The notes under the pieces are model-generated. The model was given only the letters and a program-made list of their open reading frames with translations. It was not told where the DNA came from and ran no database searches. From a bacterium (GTDB lineage Bacteria > Patescibacteriota > Minisyncoccia > UBA6257 > JAGOQP01), in contig JAKANP010000004.1 of assembly GCA_021812345.1 (NCBI GenBank), positions 1 to 59,310 on the forward strand: 59,310 bases of DNA. Direction: 5' to 3'. Within the stretch, counting starts at the first letter, position 1, and each line of letters opens with the position of its first letter. A program made the position numbers and the translations under genes. Below, one piece after another: positions 33,414 through 42,826 of the stretch.

Positions 33414-36323
33414 ATGAAAAAAATATTTTATTTGTTTTCTGTTTTATTTATTTTGGTCGGTGTTTTTGGATTTGTTTATAATGCCAATGCTTACACAATA
33501 AGAAGACATCTAAACGATCTTTATGTTGTAAATTCATTTACCGCTTCGTTTTCGCCCCATTGTCCGTTTACTGATCCTCCCAACTATCCAACTAATTTAG
33601 GCATTGGAACTCCGACTGCTAGCACTGATGCTCCCGGTGGAGTTTCTACGGCTGGACAAGTTAGTAACGGAGTTGAAAATCCTCCGGGAGTATGGACTTA
33701 CTCTTACGATGTTACTACGGTTGTCCCAGTTAATATAGCTCCCGGGACTTATAATGTTAGTACGAGAATAACTCTCCAATACGATTGCGGAAGCACTGGG
33801 TATTCTGCTTTCAAAAACAATTCAAGTTCTTTTACGATTCCACCTTCCCCAACTTGCTCTATATCATTTAGTCCGACGAGCTATACTTATGGTGTGGGAA
33901 ATACTACAGGAAAGTGGAGCTCGTCATATGCAGACACTCTAAGTTATAGTTGTGATTATACTGCCGGTGGGCCCCTTACTGTTCCTTCAGGAAGTTATAC
34001 ATACAGTTCGACAGAAATTCCGATTGGTTCTCATAGGTGTACTGCTACGGCTACAAACTCTTCTACCGGTCTAAGTTCGACGTGTGGAGCTTCGGTTGTT
34101 GTTAATGCTCCCGCTACAGCTCCAACTTGTTCTCCATCTACCCAAACGGTAAATACCGGTCAGACCGCTAGCTTTTCCGCATCCGGTGGAACCGGAACAT
34201 ATTCTTGGTCCGGAGGAGAAACTCCATCAACAGGAAGTGGATCAAATTTTTCAACTTCATATAGCACCTCAGGAACAAAGACCGTAACCGTTACCAGTGG
34301 AAGTCAGACTGCAAATTGCTCAGTTGTGGTAAGTGTCCCAACGCCGACTTATGTTTTAAATATAGATGCCGCTCTTTATCCAAACTCAAATTGCACAGGA
34401 ACACTAACACCTATGGGTACTGCCGCAAGTAGTGTTAGATATAATGTTTCAACTCCGTCAGGAAGTAGCAGTTATGGAGTCGGATCGATTAATGCTTCTG
34501 CCGGGACTTATTCAATAATTTCTGCCACTACTATTCCAACTGGATATAAATATTGTTCTGCTAGTCCTTCCGTCACTTTTAATACTACAAATAATAAAAC
34601 TCAAACTATTACCGGTTATTTTGCCCCCACATCACCCGGTGGATCCGTATATTGCACCGCGTCTTTTAATCCTTTAAATGTAAATCCGGCAGGAGGAAAT
34701 AGTACTTTTAGTATATCGGCCACGAACGCCACAAATAACGCGACTTATATTTGTAAAAATTTATCAAATATTCAAACGGATAGTGGCTCTATTACTTTAG
34801 ATGCAAGCGGCAATGGAAATGTTTCTATAACAGCCAACCAAACCAAAACTTGCGTTGCAACTGTAAGTAATTCTTCTGGCCAAAATACTTGCAGTAGCCA
34901 GGTAACTACTCCGCCATCTGCTCCAACTGGTTTGGCTATTAGTTCTAGTTGTAGCAATGTGTCATCGGCAAAAGCCGTTTTGTCTTGGAATTCTGTTTTG
35001 GGAGCAGATCATTATGAAATATATAAAAATGCCACTTATTTAAACAGAACTGCTAACACAAGTTATGTCGACACGGGATTATCTTTAGGCACCAAATACT
35101 CATATTACGTTAGCGCGGTGAATAGCGCTGGTTCAGCAAATTCAACTACAGTTTCAGTGACTACTCCGTCAAATTGTTCCGGATCTCAAGTTACCGCCAC
35201 ATTGACTGCCAATCCAACATTAATAGATAGTGGTAGTTTGAGTACTCTCACCTGGACATCAACTAATGCCACCACTTGCACCATAGATCAAGGAATTGGA
35301 ACGGTGTGTAATTCTTCTTCGGTTTGTAATTTAGGGGGAACAAAAAATGTTTCTCCGACCGTTAATACTACATATACGCTTAATTGCAGTAATTCAGGAA
35401 GTAGCGCCAGTGATCAAGCGACAGTTTCGATTAATCCGATTAAACCCGGAGGAAATCTTTCCTGCTTTGTTACAGCTGTGCCTCAAAGCGGAAATAATGC
35501 TCCTTTGCAAACAACCCTGACTGCGACCGGATCGGGAGGAAATTCTCCGTATGCATATAAATTTGATTATGGAGATGGATCTCCCGTAACGGTTTACGGC
35601 TTCTTGGGGATTAAAACTCATACCTACAATAGTAATGGAATTTATAAAGTCACTGTAAATATCAAAGATGGTGTCGGTAATACCGCTACTTGTGATACCA
35701 GCGTAAACACTCCTCCAAATATTTGTGTTGGTCCAGGGTGTTCCGGTGGAGGGGGATTAAGTTGTTCTCTTGATGCTAATCCAAAATTCGGTCCTGCCTC
35801 ATTGCCGGTAGATTTTCAAGTTTCCAATGTTTCAGGAGGTAACGGAAATTATCAATATAGTTTTGATTATAACGACGGACAATCATCGCCATATATTTCA
35901 TCCAGCGCTTCATCCCATACTTATGCGAATGCAGGGATATATAATCCATTTGCTAATGTAAAAGAAATTGGAGGAAACAAAACAGGAACTTGTTCTTTAC
36001 CAGTGGGTACTAATATTGTAGTTACTCCGCCATCTCCCGCCTCCTGTACTTTCACTGCCTCTCCTTCATCAATTCTAACCGGACAATCTTCCATTTTATC
36101 TTGGTCTTGTGACCCAACCGGAGTTTCAAGAAATTGTGCAATTACCAAAGTTTCGGATAATAGCATGGTTGCCACAGGAACCGAATCCGGAACATTTAAA
36201 GTAAAACCAATAAACACTACTCAATACAATCTTTCTTGTGATGGGGCTCCGACCGTTACCGATACTCAGGCCACTGTCAATGTCGGATTTATTCCTGTTC
36301 TTCGTGAAATAATTCCAAGATAA
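33414..36323 (+). CDS. Large secreted Ser/Thr/Cys-rich surface protein with Ig-like, FN3 and PKD domains
   Basis: Signal peptide ending ANA; FN3 (LSWNSV...YSYYVSAVNSAG); PKD (FDYGDG...HTY...G.Y.V). Confidence 0.9.
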   Translation: MKKIFYLFSVLFILVGVFGFVYNANAYTIRRHLNDLYVVNSFTASFSPHCPFTDPPNYPTNLGIGTPTASTDAPGGVSTAGQVSNGVENPPGVWTYSYDVTTVVPVNIAPGTYNVSTRITLQYDCGSTGYSAFKNNSSSFTIPPSPTCSISFSPTSYTYGVGNTTGKWSSSYADTLSYSCDYTAGGPLTVPSGSYTYSSTEIPIGSHRCTATATNSSTGLSSTCGASVVVNAPATAPTCSPSTQTVNTGQTASFSASGGTGTYSWSGGETPSTGSGSNFSTSYSTSGTKTVTVTSGSQTANCSVVVSVPTPTYVLNIDAALYPNSNCTGTLTPMGTAASSVRYNVSTPSGSSSYGVGSINASAGTYSIISATTIPTGYKYCSASPSVTFNTTNNKTQTITGYFAPTSPGGSVYCTASFNPLNVNPAGGNSTFSISATNATNNATYICKNLSNIQTDSGSITLDASGNGNVSITANQTKTCVATVSNSSGQNTCSSQVTTPPSAPTGLAISSSCSNVSSAKAVLSWNSVLGADHYEIYKNATYLNRTANTSYVDTGLSLGTKYSYYVSAVNSAGSANSTTVSVTTPSNCSGSQVTATLTANPTLIDSGSLSTLTWTSTNATTCTIDQGIGTVCNSSSVCNLGGTKNVSPTVNTTYTLNCSNSGSSASDQATVSINPIKPGGNLSCFVTAVPQSGNNAPLQTTLTATGSGGNSPYAYKFDYGDGSPVTVYGFLGIKTHTYNSNGIYKVTVNIKDGVGNTATCDTSVNTPPNICVGPGCSGGGGLSCSLDANPKFGPASLPVDFQVSNVSGGNGNYQYSFDYNDGQSSPYISSSASSHTYANAGIYNPFANVKEIGGNKTGTCSLPVGTNIVVTPPSPASCTFTASPSSILTGQSSILSWSCDPTGVSRNCAITKVSDNSMVATGTESGTFKVKPINTTQYNLSCDGAPTVTDTQATVNVGFIPVLREIIPR

Positions 36324-36353
36324 AAAGCGATTGATTAATATAAAAAATAAAAA

Positions 36354-38657
36354 ATGAAAGATAAAATATTTTTCTCAATCTCTTTATTGGTCGTTGCCGC
36401 TGTCGCTGTTATTTCAGCAATGAAAACCGATGTTTTGCGTCCTTTTCTTGGCGCTACTGCCGCATCATCCGGAACCCTTTCCTGTTCTTTAAAATCAGAT
36501 TCCGCTTCTCCTCCCAATACTTCAATCAAAAGCATCACCGGAGGAACCGGAAATTATGAGTGTAATTTTCCGGAAGAAGAATCAAGCGGTTTTCCAATCT
36601 ATTCTTCCGCTTCATGCTCCGCATCTCATCCAAGTAATTGTACCGGAATAGGCACTTGTCCGGTTGTTGCCACAGTTCGTGATGTCGGAGTAAAACCCAA
36701 TACCTATGTTTCTTGTATGATCAGCGTTACCGGAGAAGGTATTCCGGTAACCGGATGCCCCAGCGGTTTTTCCCTAGTTGCCGGTCAATGTGTCGGCTCT
36801 GTTAATAACAATCCCAGAAATAATAATAATAATAACAATAATAATGATAATAATAACAATACTTCAACGACTGTTTCTCTTCCTCAATTTTCAAATTCCG
36901 TTGGCCAAATAAATTTTGAAAAAGTATTTTTTGATTCAACTAATTTGGTTACCACAAGCTCTTATGCTATTTCACAAAGAATCAAAGATGATGGAACATA
37001 CCTTCCCCAAGTTCAGGATATGAAAATTGCCAGATTTGGTAGTAAGACATTTTTATTTCTTTTAACCGGAGGAGCAATCAAAACTTATGACTTGGCTGAT
37101 CCGTTTAATCCCAAATATGTCGGCTCAACTGATCTTTACTCTCAGACAGTTGAGGCGCTGTCTTCAGTGACGGCAAAATCTCAATATCCAAGTCAGCCAT
37201 CAAGATGGATTTTTCAAAACATGGAAATTATTGATAATTTTAATTATGGAATAATGTTTGGTTCTTCCAATTATAATCCGGGCTCAACTAACCCGATTAC
37301 CGTATTTAAAATAAATCCCAATACCGGAGTCATTTCTTACGTTAATTTTTATAACAACAGCAATAATCCCTACGGATTTTATTCGGGAGATAGTAGATAT
37401 ACAACCGTAACGGTTGGTTCTCAAATGAAACTGTTTTCTCAGGGTGGAAAAGTTTATTTAGTTACTTATGCTAATGACAAAAATTACAATCCGTCTACTG
37501 GTGGGGCTGTAGATCATCTTGTTTCAATTTTTGATTTTACTAATCCCGAATCTAATATCTCTTTACTCTACCAACTTCCCGGAATAGGAGATGTTCAAAA
37601 GAGTAAGGATGGCAGCACGAGTTATTATCCTATAGATATCTATGGATTTAATATTGTGAATTCAGGAGGCAAAAACTACCTGTTTGTCACGGGTGATGCC
37701 GGGAGTTTTTATGATAACGACTTTGGTTTTGTTCATTCCGGTACGGAGTGGACATTTATTTTTGATTTATCCAATCCATCAAATCCAAAACAAATTGTCG
37801 GCGGCAAGGGGTATCAGCTTTATGGATGGTTTGATTATATGGGAGGCAGAACCGGGTTGGCTATGAATAATATCACAAATTCTTACATATTTGATCCGAT
37901 AACTAAAAATTTTTATGTCACTTCGGGTATTACTCAGGGAAATAGTTTAATGGGTCGACCAATAAATAATTTTGATAACAGATTTAATTTAGCGGTTATG
38001 GATTTTTCTACTCCTCCAACATTCAAAAAAATATCCGACATTACCTTAAGAAGAGGAATCTCGGGAGAACAAGCTACTTATGCGGTTGTTGGTCCCGACC
38101 CGTTATTAATTAGATCCTCTGGAGGATTTATTGATTTTGAATATATGGCTCCAAAAAATCAGGTTGTCAGCACATCGACAGATACTGGCGTTTATGGCGC
38201 TCATCAAGCGAGCAATATCAATAATTCCAATTGTCGTGGCAATCAATTTGCTTTAATGGGTGTCGAAAAAAATGGAACACTAACTTACATTGCCGACCCG
38301 AATAACGAATTAGATAAAGCTAAAGATAATATAAAAAATCAAAGTTCGATAAAATACGATATGTACAACTCTCAAGATATATATTGTCTGCTTTCTCCAA
38401 GCGCCGTTGCTATCCTTCCGGTTGATTCCAAAACCGTAGCTGTTTACAGAGGGAGAACTTTCTATGCCGAGGCGGATAAAGTATCGCTGACTTCCGCTTC
38501 TTCTTACGTTCCGCCAGTGTTTACTCCAATAACCACTACCGGCACGGGAATTAGAACTGTTATTTCCACCAGCTCTGTTCCAAGTTCGAATAATCTCAAT
38601 TTCAGCATATTTTCTTTCCAGAACTTATTGAATATTTTCAAAAAAATCGGTCAATAA
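36354..38657 (+). CDS. Secreted/anchored protein with a Cys-rich N-terminus, poly-Asn linker and LVIVD-like beta-propeller region
   Basis: N-terminal hydrophobic helix; repeats YDLADPFNP, FDFTNPES, FDLSNPSNP, MDFSTPP. Confidence 0.85.
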   Translation: MKDKIFFSISLLVVAAVAVISAMKTDVLRPFLGATAASSGTLSCSLKSDSASPPNTSIKSITGGTGNYECNFPEEESSGFPIYSSASCSASHPSNCTGIGTCPVVATVRDVGVKPNTYVSCMISVTGEGIPVTGCPSGFSLVAGQCVGSVNNNPRNNNNNNNNNDNNNNTSTTVSLPQFSNSVGQINFEKVFFDSTNLVTTSSYAISQRIKDDGTYLPQVQDMKIARFGSKTFLFLLTGGAIKTYDLADPFNPKYVGSTDLYSQTVEALSSVTAKSQYPSQPSRWIFQNMEIIDNFNYGIMFGSSNYNPGSTNPITVFKINPNTGVISYVNFYNNSNNPYGFYSGDSRYTTVTVGSQMKLFSQGGKVYLVTYANDKNYNPSTGGAVDHLVSIFDFTNPESNISLLYQLPGIGDVQKSKDGSTSYYPIDIYGFNIVNSGGKNYLFVTGDAGSFYDNDFGFVHSGTEWTFIFDLSNPSNPKQIVGGKGYQLYGWFDYMGGRTGLAMNNITNSYIFDPITKNFYVTSGITQGNSLMGRPINNFDNRFNLAVMDFSTPPTFKKISDITLRRGISGEQATYAVVGPDPLLIRSSGGFIDFEYMAPKNQVVSTSTDTGVYGAHQASNINNSNCRGNQFALMGVEKNGTLTYIADPNNELDKAKDNIKNQSSIKYDMYNSQDIYCLLSPSAVAILPVDSKTVAVYRGRTFYAEADKVSLTSASSYVPPVFTPITTTGTGIRTVISTSSVPSSNNLNFSIFSFQNLLNIFKKIGQ
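36819..36860 (+). repeat. AAT/AAC trinucleotide repeat (poly-Asn)
   Basis: 14 codons, 13 Asn plus 1 Asp. Confidence 0.9.
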
Positions 38658-38663
38658 ACTATC

Positions 38664-38698
38664 AAAAAACCGCCTGCATATGACAAGGCGGTTTTTTT
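38664..38698. terminator. Bidirectional terminator between convergent genes
   Basis: AAAAAACCGCCT-N10-AGGCGGTTTTTT. Confidence 0.85.
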
Positions 38699-39240
38699 TA
38701 TTTTAATTCCAAAATTATTCTCCCAAAAACAAGAGCCAAATCCGATTCGTCTTTTTTTGTTATTCGTTTTAAAACAAATTCTTGAGCTTTTTTGCGGATA
38801 GCTTCTTTGCTTGGTCTGATGCCGATCTTAATTCTCCAAAATTTTTGAGTTTTTAAATTATCTATAATAGATTGGACCCCTTTGTGCCCCGCTGAGCGTT
38901 GATCAAAAATTATTTTATAATTTCCGATAAACATGTCCGAATCGTCATGAACGACGGCAATTTCTTCCGGATTAATTTTAAAATAGGCAACCGCCTGTTT
39001 TGCCGCCAAACCGGAATTATTCATAAAAGTTTTTGGTTTTATCAATATTTTGTTTGAAAGCTGGCAATATTCAAAATTTTTTTTAGACGGAGAAATAAAA
39101 GAAGTTACCGCCTCATCTTTTAAAATTGAGCGATAATAGTCGATAAAAATTCTTCCTATGTTGTGATAAGTTTTTTCGTATTTTGCTCCAGTGTTTCCGA
39201 GTCCTATAAGAGCTTTTATTTCCCGATTTGATTTATTCAT
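38698..39240 (-). CDS. pth: Peptidyl-tRNA hydrolase
   Basis: IGLGN, TYHNIG, KPKTFMNNSG, VVHDD, AGHKGV. Confidence 0.95.
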   Translation of the reverse strand: MNKSNREIKALIGLGNTGAKYEKTYHNIGRIFIDYYRSILKDEAVTSFISPSKKNFEYCQLSNKILIKPKTFMNNSGLAAKQAVAYFKINPEEIAVVHDDSDMFIGNYKIIFDQRSAGHKGVQSIIDNLKTQKFWRIKIGIRPSKEAIRKKAQEFVLKRITKKDESDLALVFGRIILELK

Positions 39241-39283
39241 AAATTAACCATATAATACCACAAATACGATTTTAAATATATTT

Positions 39284-39859
39284 ATGAAAAAGATTTTGTT
39301 TGCGATTTGGGAAGTGGCTGAAGTTTTTTTGGTGGCTTTAATAGCGGTTGCCGCCATAAAATATTTTTTAATCCAGCCATTTATAGTTAACGGCGCCAGT
39401 ATGGAGCCTAATTTTTACGATGGTGATTATCTTTTGGTTGATGAAATAAGTTATCGTTTTGAAAATCCGCAAAGAGGGGATGTTATTGTTTTGCGCGCTC
39501 CGCAAGACAAATCAATTTATTATATAAAAAGAATCATCGGTCTTCCCGGAGAGGATATTTTGGTTGATGGCAATGTGGTTAAAATCAACGGGAAAGTATT
39601 GGAGGAAAATTATTTGCCAAGCGGTATTATGAATGACTGGACCGGACATGTTGAATATAAGTTAAATGACCAGCAATATTTTGTTATGGGAGATAACCGG
39701 CTCAATAGCTATGATTCCAGATATTGGGGGCCGCTTAATCGCTCGGACATTATCGGTTCGGTCAAACTTCGTCTCTGGCCGCCAAAATCAATTACTGTTT
39801 TTAACGGAATAAAATATCCGTCGATGATTAATGCCACCAGCGTGTCTCCTGCTAATTAA
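39284..39859 (+). CDS. lepB: Signal peptidase I
   Basis: SMEPN (Ser), IKRIIGLPG (Lys), GDNRLNSYDSR. Confidence 0.95.
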   Translation: MKKILFAIWEVAEVFLVALIAVAAIKYFLIQPFIVNGASMEPNFYDGDYLLVDEISYRFENPQRGDVIVLRAPQDKSIYYIKRIIGLPGEDILVDGNVVKINGKVLEENYLPSGIMNDWTGHVEYKLNDQQYFVMGDNRLNSYDSRYWGPLNRSDIIGSVKLRLWPPKSITVFNGIKYPSMINATSVSPAN

Positions 39860-39899
39860 ATTTAGTGATAATTTTTAAATTAAAAAAATAAAATTAAAA

Positions 39900-41189
39900 A
39901 TGAAATCCTCAAAAAAATCAAAAGGAAAAAAATTTGCCTTCCAATCTCCGAAGGGAACAAGAGATTTATTGCCAAACGACTTTCTTTATTTTGATAAAGT
40001 TGAAAAGGCGGTCAAAAAAACATCTTCTTTGATGGGTTTTTCCAGGATAGAAACCCCCATGTTTGAAGATGTTAAGTTGTTTGAGCGAGGGACAGGAAGT
40101 TCGACTGATGTAGTTAAAAAACAAATGTTTTTAATAAAAGGAAAAGGAGGGGAAAATTTTGCTTTGCGTCCTGAGATGACACCCGGAGTTTTAAGAGCTT
40201 ATATTGAAAGTGGATTATCTCACGTTATGTCTCCGGCAAAATTTTTTTATTGGAGCCCTCTTTTTAGGTATGAACAGCCTCAGCATGGAAGATATAGACA
40301 ATTTTATCAATTGGGATTTGAAATCTTAGGCGCCGATGACCCGGCATTTGACGCTCAAATTATTTCCGCTTCCTATGGAGTTATGGAGGAGCTTAAAATT
40401 AAGAATATTATTATTAAAATTAATAGTATCGGCTGTAGAACCTGTCGGGCAAATTATGTAAAAAAATTAAAAGAATATTATAAAAATAAACTCAACAAAG
40501 TTTGTCGCGATTGCAATAAAAGGTATTATGATAATCCTCTAAGATTGCTGGATTGTAAAGAAGAAAAATGTCAGCCCATAAAAACTCAAGCTCCTCAAAC
40601 TCTGGATTATTTATGTTCGTCCTGTAAAACTCACTTCAAACAAGTTTTAGAGTATTTGGATGAAATGAAAATTCCTTACATTATTGAACCGACCCTTGTT
40701 AGAGGATTGGATTATTATTCAAGAACTGTTTTTGAAATTTTTACCGAAGGGCTGGATTTTGCTTTGGGCGGAGGTGGCAGATATGATTATTTATCGGAAA
40801 CTTTAGGCGGACCAAGAATGCCGGCAGTTGGCGCCGCTTGCGGAGTAGAAAGAATAATTGAAGCGTTAAAAACCCAAGAAATTTCTTCGGTCCCAAAAAC
40901 AAGATCAAAAGTTTTTTTGATTTATATGGGGGATCAAGCTAAAAAGAAATCTTTTGAGATTTTAAAATCTCTTTTTGACGCAGGCATTGCCGTTAACGAG
41001 GCATTTTCGAAAGACTCATTAAAATCTCAGCTGAGAATGGCCGACAAAGAAGGCTCTCAAATGGCCCTGATTTTGGGACAGCAAGAGGTTTTTGAAGATG
41101 TAATTATTATCAGAGATATGGAAAGCGGAGCTCAGGAAAATGTTCCTATTAAAAAATTAGTTGATGAAATTAAAAGAAGATTAAAATAA
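39900..41189 (+). CDS. hisS: Histidyl-tRNA synthetase
   Basis: PKGTRD, LRPEMT, FRYEQPQHGRYRQF, LVRGLDYY, GGGRYD. Confidence 0.97.
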   Translation: MKSSKKSKGKKFAFQSPKGTRDLLPNDFLYFDKVEKAVKKTSSLMGFSRIETPMFEDVKLFERGTGSSTDVVKKQMFLIKGKGGENFALRPEMTPGVLRAYIESGLSHVMSPAKFFYWSPLFRYEQPQHGRYRQFYQLGFEILGADDPAFDAQIISASYGVMEELKIKNIIIKINSIGCRTCRANYVKKLKEYYKNKLNKVCRDCNKRYYDNPLRLLDCKEEKCQPIKTQAPQTLDYLCSSCKTHFKQVLEYLDEMKIPYIIEPTLVRGLDYYSRTVFEIFTEGLDFALGGGGRYDYLSETLGGPRMPAVGAACGVERIIEALKTQEISSVPKTRSKVFLIYMGDQAKKKSFEILKSLFDAGIAVNEAFSKDSLKSQLRMADKEGSQMALILGQQEVFEDVIIIRDMESGAQENVPIKKLVDEIKRRLK

Positions 41190-41194
41190 TTTTT

Positions 41195-41602
41195 ATGGAA
41201 GACTGTTTGTTTTGCAAAATAATAGATGGCAAAATTCCGGCTCAAGTGATATATCAGGATGATTTTACCATCGGAGTTTTGGATATTCTTCCACGCTCCA
41301 TCGGGCATACTATGGTTATTCCCAAAAAACATGCCGAGACAATTTTGGATTTAAGCGATGACGAGGTGGCTAAGGTTTTTCAATCCGTTAAGAAAGTTAC
41401 TCAGTTGCTGAAAGATAAAATAAAATCCGATGGCTTTACAATCGGTATTAATCATGGTAAGGTCAGTGGGCAAGCGATTGATCATCTTCATGTCCATATT
41501 ATTCCGCGATTTATCGGGGATAAGGGCGGGTCAATTCATTCGGTGGTTGAAAATCCTCCTCAAAAAAGTTTGCAAGAAGTCAAAGATATGATTATCGGAT
41601 AA
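41195..41602 (+). CDS. HIT family nucleotide hydrolase
   Basis: CLFCKII and HLHVHII histidine triad. Confidence 0.95.
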   Translation: MEDCLFCKIIDGKIPAQVIYQDDFTIGVLDILPRSIGHTMVIPKKHAETILDLSDDEVAKVFQSVKKVTQLLKDKIKSDGFTIGINHGKVSGQAIDHLHVHIIPRFIGDKGGSIHSVVENPPQKSLQEVKDMIIG

Positions 41603-41620
41603 ATTTATATTTTTTATAAT

Positions 41621-41833
41621 ATGATTGAAATCAAAAAAAAAGAAGGAGAGTCGGTAAATGCTTTTTTATTTCGTTTTACCAAAAAAATCCAACGTTCGGG
41701 AATAATTAAGCAATCCAAAAAAACCAGATATCATGACAGAAATCAAAATGTTAGGGCCAGAAAAGAGTCGGCTCTCTATCGTTTGAATAAAAAGAAAGAA
41801 ACCAATAGATTAAAAAGACTTGGTAAAATATAA
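41621..41833 (+). CDS. rpsU: 30S ribosomal protein bS21
   Basis: 70 aa basic protein, ES....L.RF.K.....G pattern; precedes a YqeY gene. Confidence 0.8.
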   Translation: MIEIKKKEGESVNAFLFRFTKKIQRSGIIKQSKKTRYHDRNQNVRARKESALYRLNKKKETNRLKRLGKI

Positions 41834-41836
41834 ACT

Positions 41837-42289
41837 ATGCTTTTAGAAAAAGTCACCTCTTCTCTTAAAGAAGCAATGATAAACAAGGACGATTTTAAAA
41901 CGTCGGTTTTAAGAATGGTGATTGCTGCAGTAAGAAACAGAGAAATAGAAAAAAAGGGCAAAGGACAGAACATAACCGAAGACGACGTTATTGATGTTTT
42001 AAGGAAAGAAGTTAAAAAAAGAAAAGACGCTTCGGCAATGTATCAAAGCGGAGGCAGGATGGAATCGGCCGATGAAGAAGAAAAAGAGGTCCAATTTATA
42101 GAAAGCTTTCTCCCAGCGCAGATGAGTGAAGATGAAATAAAAAAAATAGTTTCCGGTGTTTTGGGTGAATTTGAAAATCCAACGCAAAAAGATTTTGGTG
42201 TCATTATAAAAAAAACAATGGAAAAAATCGGCGGGAAAGCCGACGGCTCATCCGTTAGCGCTGTCATAAAAAGTCTTTTGGGAAAGTGA
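41837..42289 (+). CDS. GatB/YqeY domain protein
   Basis: LKEAM...VLRM...KEVKKRKD...Y..GGR...FLPAQMS...GKADG. Confidence 0.92.
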   Translation: MLLEKVTSSLKEAMINKDDFKTSVLRMVIAAVRNREIEKKGKGQNITEDDVIDVLRKEVKKRKDASAMYQSGGRMESADEEEKEVQFIESFLPAQMSEDEIKKIVSGVLGEFENPTQKDFGVIIKKTMEKIGGKADGSSVSAVIKSLLGK

Positions 42290-42297
42290 TTTTTTAG

Positions 42298-42708
42298 ATG
42301 AATAAAATTTCGGTATTTGCTACAAATAAAAAATTTAATTTTGATAAAAAGAATGTCTCTGCTATTGCGCGGAGAGTTTTTTTATTGCTCAAAAAAGACG
42401 GTTATAAAGTTGATTTTTATTTAGTTGGCGATAATTTCATCAAAAAAATAAACCGCATTTATAGAAAGAAAAACGCAACAACCAATGTCTTGAGTTTTTG
42501 TGAACCCAAAGATTTTGTCGGTGCTCCTTCAAGATTTAAATATCTTGGAGAAATTTATATCAATCCTGATTTTATTTATAAAAATCATCAGGATGAAAAA
42601 CTGATGGTTGTGCACGGGATACTTCATTTATTCGGGTACGACCACGAGTATTTAAAAGAAAGATTAAAAATGGAAAAAAAAGAAATGGCTTTAATTAAAA
42701 AAATTTAA
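42298..42708 (+). CDS. ybeY: rRNA maturation RNase YbeY
   Basis: TNVLSF, LGEIYI, HGILHLFGYDH. Confidence 0.93.
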   Translation: MNKISVFATNKKFNFDKKNVSAIARRVFLLLKKDGYKVDFYLVGDNFIKKINRIYRKKNATTNVLSFCEPKDFVGAPSRFKYLGEIYINPDFIYKNHQDEKLMVVHGILHLFGYDHEYLKERLKMEKKEMALIKKI

Positions 42709-42826
42709 AAAAAGCCGTTTTTTGATTGCATCTTTTATCGGATTCCGATTGTTAATAACCAATTTGCTAAAAAAATTTGTTTTGTCTAAAATAATACTAA
42801 TCTAATTATTTTTATTCAAAACAAAT

